Source: Candidatus Bathyarchaeia archaeon (GTDB lineage: Archaea > Thermoproteota > Bathyarchaeia > Bathyarchaeales > Bathycorpusculaceae). Taken from it: a stretch of DNA of 64,000 nt. Of this stretch, positions 56,595 to 64,000 are shown piece by piece. Position numbers and translations under genes: made by a program. Every line of letters begins with the position of its first letter. The stretch's first letter is position 1. Where the stretch lies: NCBI GenBank assembly GCA_038727135.1, contig JAVYWL010000001.1, forward strand, positions 192,001-256,000. The letters run 5' to 3'. The notes under the pieces are model-generated. The model saw only the letters and a program-made list of their open reading frames with translations. It was not told the origin of the DNA and ran no database searches.

Positions 56595-57617
56595 TTATGG
56601 GTTCCATTTTGATCCGAAGGCTTTACACACCACGGCGACGTCTTTTGCGTCTACAATTAGGTTTTTATCCAGGTCGGCGATAGGATTCCACCTTGCGCTG
56701 CCGGGGTATGATCCGAAGGCTTTCCCTACAATTGCTATGTCTTTTGCGTCAACTTTTCTGTCGCCGTTTAGGTCTTGAGGGAGAGTTAATAATATTTGCG
56801 TGTTTATTGTTCCTTGGTCGTAGTTGAAGCAGAGGTTATTGTTATTTTTGTCTGTTGAGCACGTGTAGGCTATAGCCTTGTTGTTTATTAGTATTGCGAA
56901 TGTTCCGTTGAGGAGTTCCTTTGGAACCCTTATGGAGCATGATCCTTTAGTTCCCAAAGGACCTGTTAGCGTGAATTCTATTGTTTTAAGGGTGTAGTTG
57001 AAGTTGAAATTTGTTAATGTGGAGTTTGTTAGGATTGTGACGTTGTAGTTTTCTGTGCCTATTTGAACGGTAAATACGTATTTTGTGAAGCCATCTGGGG
57101 CTACTAACACTGTTCCATCGTATGCCTCCGTTAGGATTTGGTTATCTTTTGAGTCTGTTAAGTATGTTCCTTTTATTTGCATGATTTCGGTGAAGGCGAG
57201 GCTTGAAATTCCCGGGGCTATTGCGTTGAAGGTTAGTTGGCAAAGCACTCCTGATCCATTTACTCCAGAAGATTCCCATAAGCCGTTGAAGGCTATTAGG
57301 CTTCCTTTTTGGTTGTCAATTATGTAGGATAGTCCTGTTGTGTCATGTCCTGAGAAGATGTTTGGTTCGGGTATTGTTATGTTTATGCATTTTATTATGT
57401 ATGGGTTAAATGTTATTTTTATTTGCCATGAGCATAGGTCGGTTACGCTGTTTACTGTGGCGTTCACTGTGAATGTTGAGAGGGTACTTAGTTGGGTTTG
57501 GGATGGAGTTATTGTTAGGGCGGTTGTTGCTGTTGAGTTTACTCTTTCTGGGATGATTAAAATTGCTAATGTTAAGGAGACGAGAAGAAAAACACTGGTT
57601 TTTGAGGGGTTTATCAT
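56595..57617 (-). CDS. Secreted cohesin-like plus dockerin protein
   Basis: Signal peptide; FTVNATV...WQIKITFNP...GSGVLCQLTF; DLNGDRKVDAKD...WNPIADLD dockerin. Confidence 0.8.
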   Translation of the reverse strand: MINPSKTSVFLLVSLTLAILIIPERVNSTATTALTITPSQTQLSTLSTFTVNATVNSVTDLCSWQIKITFNPYIIKCINITIPEPNIFSGHDTTGLSYIIDNQKGSLIAFNGLWESSGVNGSGVLCQLTFNAIAPGISSLAFTEIMQIKGTYLTDSKDNQILTEAYDGTVLVAPDGFTKYVFTVQIGTENYNVTILTNSTLTNFNFNYTLKTIEFTLTGPLGTKGSCSIRVPKELLNGTFAILINNKAIAYTCSTDKNNNNLCFNYDQGTINTQILLTLPQDLNGDRKVDAKDIAIVGKAFGSYPGSARWNPIADLDKNLIVDAKDVAVVCKAFGSKWNP

Positions 57618-57675
57618 TTTTATTCCTCTTTTAATTATGCTTCGTTTGATTTAAGTGTTATTTCTTTTTGGGGTT

Positions 57676-58938
57676 TTAGCATGTTTTTCCGAAGTATTTG
57701 CAGGCGAACGCTAGGTCCTTTGAGTCTATTATGTCGTTTTGGATTATGTCGCATGTTTGGTTCCATTTTTGTGTTTCAGGGGTGGCTCCGAAGAGGGAGG
57801 CGATTGTGCCTATGTCTTTTGCGTCTACTTTTCCGTCGTTGTTTATGTCTGCTGGCATTATTGTTTTTCCTTGCGGGTCTTTGTTGTTTAGGAAGTCTGT
57901 TGGTGGGATAATGATCTTTATTTTTTGTTTTGAAGTGAATGTGTTGTTTATGATTGTTGCTTGGAAGTCGGCTTGTATATCGTATTCCGTGTTGTTTGTT
58001 ATTTGGTTGTTGATTATTTTTACGTCTTTTACTTGTTCGCTTCCATAGTATCTGCTTATTCCTATTTTGTTGTTTGTTATTTGGTTGTTGGCTATTGTGA
58101 TGTTCCATGAGCCTGGATCTGCTGGTTGTGTTCCTAGGTATATTCCATAGCTTGTGCAGTTGGTTATTATGTTGTTTTCTATGATTATATTTGAAATGCC
58201 TCTTGTTCCGATGCCGTATTGACTGTTGGTTATTGTGTTTTCGAATACCTTTCCATCTGATGCGAAGGCTATGGCTATTTTACCGTTTTCTGGGGAATTT
58301 GTTACCAGGTTGTTGGTTATGGTGAAGTTGGTTATTTCTCTTGTTCCTGGGGATCCGAAGATTATTAGTGGGGCGTTGTTTGTGTTTATGAAAGTGTTGT
58401 TTTTTATCGTGAAGTTTTTGTTTTGTCCTGTTATTCTTAGGGCGTTTCGTGATATGTCTTTGAATGTGTTGTTGAATATTAGGAAGTTTATGCTGTTTGT
58501 TATGTATATGCCTGTTGCGTCTGTGATGTTTTGTCCATCGAAGGTTATGTTGATTATTGCGAAGTTTGAGGCGTTTACAAAGGTTATGAATGGTAGGGTT
58601 GTGTTTGCGGGACGTTTTATTGTTGTTTTTCCGCTGCCCATTATTATGGTTTTGGATTTTGCTGTGAGGTTGTAGGCCACCCATGTTCCTTCTGGTATGT
58701 AGACTGTTGCGCCTTCTAGCGGCACTGAGTTTAGGGCTTTTTGAATTTTTTCTTGGTCCGTTCCTGTATAGTTGTTAACGTTTATAATTAAGGTTTGGTT
58801 TTCTGTTGGTTCGCCTTTGGCTGTTTTAATTTTAAGGATGGTGAATTGTTGATTTTTTGATTTTTGTGTTGCAGCCATTAATACTGTGGTGGTTATAATT
58901 AATATTGTGATCGCAGAGCATAGGTGTTTTCTTTGCAT
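57676..58938 (-). CDS. Secreted right-handed beta-helix (pectin-lyase-like fold) protein with dockerin
   Basis: IQKALN...ATVYIPEG, many I.NN.I repeats, DINNDGKVDAKD dockerin. Confidence 0.8.
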   Translation of the reverse strand: MQRKHLCSAITILIITTTVLMAATQKSKNQQFTILKIKTAKGEPTENQTLIINVNNYTGTDQEKIQKALNSVPLEGATVYIPEGTWVAYNLTAKSKTIIMGSGKTTIKRPANTTLPFITFVNASNFAIINITFDGQNITDATGIYITNSINFLIFNNTFKDISRNALRITGQNKNFTIKNNTFINTNNAPLIIFGSPGTREITNFTITNNLVTNSPENGKIAIAFASDGKVFENTITNSQYGIGTRGISNIIIENNIITNCTSYGIYLGTQPADPGSWNITIANNQITNNKIGISRYYGSEQVKDVKIINNQITNNTEYDIQADFQATIINNTFTSKQKIKIIIPPTDFLNNKDPQGKTIMPADINNDGKVDAKDIGTIASLFGATPETQKWNQTCDIIQNDIIDSKDLAFACKYFGKTC

Positions 58939-58950
58939 TTTGTTTCCCGT

Positions 58951-59934
58951 TTACGGGTCTGTTATAACTGTTATCCCGAAGGATTTGCAGACTATGGCTA
59001 TATCTTTAGCATCAACCTTACCATCATTGTTTAAGTCTGCCACTGGGTTCCATCTAGGGTCTCCTGGCTGTGTTCCAAAGGCTTTGCAGACAATGGCTAT
59101 ATCTTTAGCATCAACCTTACCATCATTGTTCACATCGCTTTTTAGGATTGTTTTGAATTGGCATTTTTGTGTTGCTGAGTTGTAATTGTAAAGTGTTTTT
59201 GCTGTTACATTGTAGTTGCCTAGTATTATTGGTATTGTTGTTAGTGGGAATGTTATGTTGAATTTTCCGTTGGCGGCTGTTATGGCCTCCTTTATCTCTG
59301 ACGATGATATTATATTAAATGTGGCTTTTTTCTCTGGGGAATATGCCAGTCCACCTTCGCTTGGTAGGTCGCTGAAGGCGGATGCGTAAGCCGCTGCTGT
59401 TCCGGTTGGAGCGTTTGATGGTATTAGTATCGGCCATAATGTGAAGGTTATTTGTTGTCCTGCGTCTACAGTGCTGTTATAGGCGACGAAAGCTTTGAAG
59501 GGTACGGCGTTGCAGTAGAAAATGTTTATTGTTATGATTATTGGGCGGGATGTTGCCATGTTGTTTTTGAATGTTATTTTGAATCCCATGGTGTCTCCTC
59601 TTAGGAATGTGTATTTTGGATTTCCGTTCGAGTCGCATGGTGTTATGCTTATTATTTCCACTGGCATGGTGCCTTGGGGCGGTTCGCCTGTGGTGAAGGC
59701 TCTTATCATGAATAGGTTGCCTTTGGGGTCGCGGATTTCAAAGGATATTGTGGCGTTTGCTATCAGGGTTCCGTCTTTTGTCAAGTTTCCTATAAGGTTT
59801 ACAATTTCTCCAACGTTGTACTCTGGTTTTGTTGGTGCAATGTTTAGGGTTAGTGAAGCTGCATTGGAAATTGGGATTAGCGTGTAGGAAATAAGGAAAA
59901 ATAATAAAATGAATAACAATCTATACCGCTTCAA
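58951..59934 (-). CDS. Secreted Ig-like domain protein with dockerin
   Basis: Signal peptide; beta-rich body; DVNNDGKVDAKD and DLNNDGKVDAKD repeats. Confidence 0.8.
   Translation of the reverse strand: MKRYRLLFILLFFLISYTLIPISNAASLTLNIAPTKPEYNVGEIVNLIGNLTKDGTLIANATISFEIRDPKGNLFMIRAFTTGEPPQGTMPVEIISITPCDSNGNPKYTFLRGDTMGFKITFKNNMATSRPIIITINIFYCNAVPFKAFVAYNSTVDAGQQITFTLWPILIPSNAPTGTAAAYASAFSDLPSEGGLAYSPEKKATFNIISSSEIKEAITAANGKFNITFPLTTIPIILGNYNVTAKTLYNYNSATQKCQFKTILKSDVNNDGKVDAKDIAIVCKAFGTQPGDPRWNPVADLNNDGKVDAKDIAIVCKSFGITVITDP
58984..59130. repeat. 48-bp direct repeat (58984-59031 and 59083-59130), 47/48 identical
   Basis: tttgcagac(t/a)atggctatatctttagcatcaaccttaccatcattgtt twice, 99-bp period; encodes the two dockerin halves. 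Confidence 0.9.
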
Positions 59935-60029
59935 TGTTTTCTCCCCTCTATAAAGAATGGAGAATTTTACTGATAAGTGTTATGGATTTAACTTCTACGC
60001 ATTAACATAAAAAAGAGGGGGAATAGAGC

Positions 60030-62348
60030 TTAGTATGGCTGTATGCAAATTTCTGTTGTGGCTTCTGGACACCAGCTGAATCCGCCATCAGCAGGTTCTT
60101 TATCGAAGGCGTTGACACGCACGGTAGCTTTTCCGGCGGCTGCCCACTTGGGAATCTCTATTGCTAAAGTGATTGTGCCATTCTTGTACTTGCAGAATTC
60201 TGCACCGCCTACTTTTATTTGTTTGACATCTATCTTTCCTACAAAGACACCTAACTCATCTTGTATAACTGCGGTGAATAACACTGGATATGTTTGCATC
60301 GCGTGTGTTCCGTAGTTAATTGTTATGTATACGGTTTCTCTATGATTGTATTCGTATTTGTCTGTTGTGACCTTCCATATGTGTAGGAGGTAGTCGTAGT
60401 GGAATTCCATTGTATCCGTTATAACCTGGTCTGCCAAACTGCATGTGGCGACAACTTTCCATTTTCCGATGAGGCTTTCTGGATTATCGCATATCCATGG
60501 CATTCTGAAGTGCACAGAGGCTACTCCATTTTCGTCCGTGTAGCCAATTATCTTTGTGTATGTTGTTCCGTCCGGCATTAGCACTTCGAAGCTTACTCTC
60601 TTGTTTTGCACTGGCCAGTAGTTGTATGTTACGTTTGCGAACAGCCATACCTCTGATTGGTCTATTACTAAGTCCATTGGCTTATTTGGACCTTGTCCGC
60701 CGTATGGTTCTGGGAAGATTTTAGCGCCATATTCGCTGTTAATTGCGCCACCATACAAGTCTATATTTCTTCCTGGCAGGTTTGTTGTAATAGTGTATAC
60801 TCCGTTTATTGGGTTGTCCAATGGCACCGTGACTATTTCTTGGGTTACTGGACCGTCAAGTCCTACGGCTAATTGCTCAACTATTTCAAGATTTCCGATT
60901 CTATCCGGCTCTCCATAGGATTGATATTTAACTTTGAACTTGATGGTTGCAATGACTCCGCTGCCGCTAGGCCATGGTGCATGCCATACTCCGTTTTCAT
61001 CTGGGAATATTATTTCACCCACTAGAACGTGTGGTCCATAGAATCCATCTTCTTCGAAGTAGGATATGAAGAATGTTCCGTAGGGGGCGAAGCCTGGTAA
61101 GAATGGCCCTTCATACACTTCCACTGGTTCTATTAGGTCTGCTGGGTATCTCAGTCTAAATTGTATTGCTATCAAGTACCAGTGTTCGTCCAAGCCTGTA
61201 AGTGAAACTGTAACATTAAATTCTTGTCCTCTGGCCGGTTCTGGTCCCATAGTTACGCTTGATACTTCTAGTCTGGCTAGTGGCAACGTTAGCAAGCAGT
61301 ATATCCGCACTTTTCCGTCAACCTCTGGTTGCATTTGTATTTCTATAGTTTCTGCAAATAGATGATAGTCATGTAGGTCTAAGGGTGATTCGTCATATTC
61401 GCCTGGAACTCTCGGAGGACATGTGTCTTGGAATATTATTCTGAACCTTACTGTTGCAAGCAAAACGTCGCCTGCCGGAGGGGTTGTTGTATTAGCAAAT
61501 AAGTATAGGTCTCCAGCAGTAGAGTTGTCAAACTCCGTATATGTCCATGCAGAACCAAATGTTACATCTACAACAACCAACAAGTCTGGATCGTAGGCCA
61601 GCCATGTTGAAGCGTTCTTTAGGAACCATGCGGCGCTTAAGCCCTTAATCACTATGTCCTCGGTGAACTCTGTTCCAACGACTGATGGCGGGTAGGGTCC
61701 ATATTCGCGGTAGGCCGGGTCCACAACAAGCTTCGGCTTCGGAGGCGCAACCCACTTAAACGTGTAGGTTGCCCCCTCTTTGCCTATGCCTGATATCTCA
61801 TTCAAGTCGGGGTCAAGAACATATGTATCCGTAGGGTCGAATGTCAGCAGGCTTGTGAGCTGCCCACCCATCGGCGGAGCAGCAATAATTTCGAACTCAA
61901 TCTTAGCCAGTTTAGCCTTTGTCCCAGCAGGCACATAATAGTCTCCAACTATTGATTCAGCGAAGAGCACATAGTTCTCTTCTATTACTGGCGTTGTCGG
62001 CGCCGTCGCCCCGCCAGTTCTGTAGGTTGCCCACTCGCTTGTTGGTCCGGGCTCGTAAGCACAGTTTGTACATTTTAACTGTGTTGTGTCGTAGTAGAGT
62101 TTGAACTGCCAAGTGTACATGTTGCTGGTGGTTACCCAAAGCCATATGTAAATAATAAACTTGTCTCCAACGGAGGTTGTGTCGGTTGTGAAGTATAGAT
62201 TCTCAGGCACAATCCAGAAATAGTTCTGCTGTTCTCCGGCGGATGCGGGCTTCACTAGAAACGGCGGAAGAGCTGCAAGCACCATTAAAACAACCAATAG
62301 AGATGCTAATATCTTTTTCATTTTCCCTTCTCCCTTCAGCTTTTGCAA
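60030..62348 (-). CDS. Secreted scaffoldin-like protein with three cohesin-like domains (likely start 62321)
   Basis: Signal peptide; units WQFKLYYD, WLAYDP, IQFRLRYP each followed by LA.I.F; C-terminal Ig-like module; no TM or dockerin. Confidence 0.7.
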   Translation of the reverse strand: MQKLKGEGKMKKILASLLVVLMVLAALPPFLVKPASAGEQQNYFWIVPENLYFTTDTTSVGDKFIIYIWLWVTTSNMYTWQFKLYYDTTQLKCTNCAYEPGPTSEWATYRTGGATAPTTPVIEENYVLFAESIVGDYYVPAGTKAKLAKIEFEIIAAPPMGGQLTSLLTFDPTDTYVLDPDLNEISGIGKEGATYTFKWVAPPKPKLVVDPAYREYGPYPPSVVGTEFTEDIVIKGLSAAWFLKNASTWLAYDPDLLVVVDVTFGSAWTYTEFDNSTAGDLYLFANTTTPPAGDVLLATVRFRIIFQDTCPPRVPGEYDESPLDLHDYHLFAETIEIQMQPEVDGKVRIYCLLTLPLARLEVSSVTMGPEPARGQEFNVTVSLTGLDEHWYLIAIQFRLRYPADLIEPVEVYEGPFLPGFAPYGTFFISYFEEDGFYGPHVLVGEIIFPDENGVWHAPWPSGSGVIATIKFKVKYQSYGEPDRIGNLEIVEQLAVGLDGPVTQEIVTVPLDNPINGVYTITTNLPGRNIDLYGGAINSEYGAKIFPEPYGGQGPNKPMDLVIDQSEVWLFANVTYNYWPVQNKRVSFEVLMPDGTTYTKIIGYTDENGVASVHFRMPWICDNPESLIGKWKVVATCSLADQVITDTMEFHYDYLLHIWKVTTDKYEYNHRETVYITINYGTHAMQTYPVLFTAVIQDELGVFVGKIDVKQIKVGGAEFCKYKNGTITLAIEIPKWAAAGKATVRVNAFDKEPADGGFSWCPEATTEICIQPY

Positions 62349-62426
62349 ATGAATATTAAGACAAAACGAGATTTAAGCTTTCTGGAAATATCTTCTACAC
62401 CAAATTTTGAATAAAATATTGGACAG

Positions 62427-63533
62427 TTAAGAAGACCTTGCCAAACGCAAGCGAGCGCCGCCACGCATCTTCAACCGCTTGTAAATTTTCCGAACACTTT
62501 GGAGGACTATCAAAGCGGCAAAGACCATGGCAAGTCCGTAAATAAATGGACTCCAATCAAACCTTTCAAGAAGCAAACCAACAACAACGATGTATCGGTA
62601 CGTAGAGTTGAGCGGAGGATCACCGTTATCAATAACCGTTAAAGTAACCGTATGCTTACCTGTCGAATTATAAATGTGCACAACCACAGGTTCAGTAGTT
62701 CTAGTAATGTTTCCATCTCCAAAATCCCAAATATAAAGGATTATTTCTCCATCATCGACAGAAGCCGAAGCATTAAATATAACTGGAAAACCCTTATAGG
62801 CAAAACAGTAAGGAATGGTTCCAACAGGCGCATAACCCCTTAAAACAACATACCTACTTGTATCAACCTCAGGAACATAAACAGTCAAACGAGCTATAGG
62901 CGGAAGATTAACGGAGCTACCCTCAACGATTATAGTGCAATAATTGGTTATAGCGGGAAAAATCTCCTCTAAGTCATCATTTAATATGTATGAATCAAAA
63001 CTTGTAAGGTAATCTCTGCGTGCTGGATGTTCACGTGTTGCGAATGTTATTCTGGTCGAACCAACATCTATTACTGTAAAGTTAGCTTTAAAAAGTATCC
63101 CGTTTTCCACATCAACGTAGTCAGAACCCACAAGGCTGGCAGCATACATCATGAAGTCATATCCATCTACATAATCTTTATCGAACAAGTGATCAACAAC
63201 TGTGTAAATTTTACCTTTGAAAACATTTTCTGTTGGTATCCATACATCAGTGCAGCTTATAACCGAACCGTTATATTTTAAAACTACTTGCCACGTATAA
63301 AGTCTTTGAACATTCGTAACATTAACAGTCACAGTAAAGTTTGCACCAACAGGAAACGTCAACATTTCAGGTGAAATAATCATCGCGGTAGATCCACCCT
63401 GCGCCCTTAAAACAGAAACGCCTCCTAAAAGGGCTGACAATGCCAGAACTATCATTAAAACGAAAACCGTTATATTCTTTAAATTTTTAGTCATATTATT
63501 CACCCCATTCACCTTTTCGCCAAAGCAAAACAT
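62427..63533 (-). CDS. Cohesin-like plus PKD protein with C-terminal TM anchor (likely start 63494)
   Basis: FTVTVNVTNV..LYTWQVVLKYN; WDFGDG PKD; TM plus basic tail. Confidence 0.75.
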   Translation of the reverse strand: MFCFGEKVNGVNNMTKNLKNITVFVLMIVLALSALLGGVSVLRAQGGSTAMIISPEMLTFPVGANFTVTVNVTNVQRLYTWQVVLKYNGSVISCTDVWIPTENVFKGKIYTVVDHLFDKDYVDGYDFMMYAASLVGSDYVDVENGILFKANFTVIDVGSTRITFATREHPARRDYLTSFDSYILNDDLEEIFPAITNYCTIIVEGSSVNLPPIARLTVYVPEVDTSRYVVLRGYAPVGTIPYCFAYKGFPVIFNASASVDDGEIILYIWDFGDGNITRTTEPVVVHIYNSTGKHTVTLTVIDNGDPPLNSTYRYIVVVGLLLERFDWSPFIYGLAMVFAALIVLQSVRKIYKRLKMRGGARLRLARSS

Positions 63534-64000
63534 GCCACATAATGATCTTTCTCGATTTCTAATAATTGCGGCTCCTCTCTTCTACAAACATCCATTACTA
63601 GCGGGCATCTTGGATGGAAACGACATCCCGCAGGGGGGTTCACGGGGCTTGGCACCTCGCCAGCTAAGGGGACGCGTTCCCTCCTCCTCTTGGGGTCCGG
63701 GATGGGTACAGAGGCTATTAGTGCTTGCGAGTACGGGTGCATTGGATTTTTGAAAATTTTAGGCGTGGGCGCAAGCTCATTAACTTTTCCAAGATACATT
63801 ATTGCAACTCTGTCGCTTATACATTCAACAATGCTTAAATCGTGGCTAATAAACATGTATGTAAGGTTAAATTCTTTCTGCAGATCTTTAAAGAGGTTTA
63901 GAAGTTGAGCCCTGACGGATACATCAACAGAGGATGTGGGTTCGTCGAGGACAACGAAGTCAGGTCTGCACACAAGCGCCCTTGCTATCGCAATTCTCTG
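63509..64000 (-). CDS. Oligopeptide/dipeptide ABC transporter ATP-binding protein (OppF/DppF-like), 5'-truncated by window edge
   Basis: QRIAIARAL...LDEPTS, ISHDL, HPYS, GCRFHPRC. Confidence 0.9.
   Translation of the reverse strand, partial: QRIAIARALVCRPDFVVLDEPTSSVDVSVRAQLLNLFKDLQKEFNLTYMFISHDLSIVECISDRVAIMYLGKVNELAPTPKIFKNPMHPYSQALIASVPIPDPKRRRERVPLAGEVPSPVNPPAGCRFHPRCPLVMDVCRREEPQLLEIEKDHYVACFALAKR

Noticed and set aside
57681-58684. Alternative-frame ORFs rich in N/K/Q/H or hydrophobic residues
   Set aside because: Shadow ORFs caused by skewed composition within the beta-helix gene
58984-59130. CRISPR array or DGR template/variable repeat
   Set aside because: Only two in-frame copies within one dockerin, a single mismatch, and no cas or reverse transcriptase gene in the window

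Overview
Archaeal chromosomal segment, most consistent with Candidatus Bathyarchaeia (inference from unsplit rpoA and rpoB, two-domain Rpo5, intron-containing tRNA-Leu, a DUF5752-like protein and many cohesin/dockerin surface proteins). Contents in order: nrdG (partial), tldD/pmbA, rpoH, a HEPN-MNT pair, a frameshifted peptide-binding protein, three thiolase-superfamily plus three DUF35 genes, a B12 acyl-CoA mutase operon, an SPFH module, an SMC-kleisin-kite operon, rpoB-rpoA-L30e-nusA, tRNA-Leu(CAA), nadA, a NikR module and a 14-kb surface-protein cluster. Best candidates for undescribed systems: (1) a compact, apparently hinge-less SMC5/6-like ATPase translationally coupled to a kleisin-like and a MAGE/Nse3-like protein; (2) a cohesin-dockerin surface assembly (about 8 cohesin-like domains, 4 dockerins); (3) a branched acyl-CoA cluster with Cys-less Ltp3/Ltp4-like thiolase homologues and a mutase bearing isobutyryl-CoA-mutase-type residues; (4) a recurring PVGG-TM C-terminal anchor. 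All family calls are by motif recognition from memory; no searches were run.
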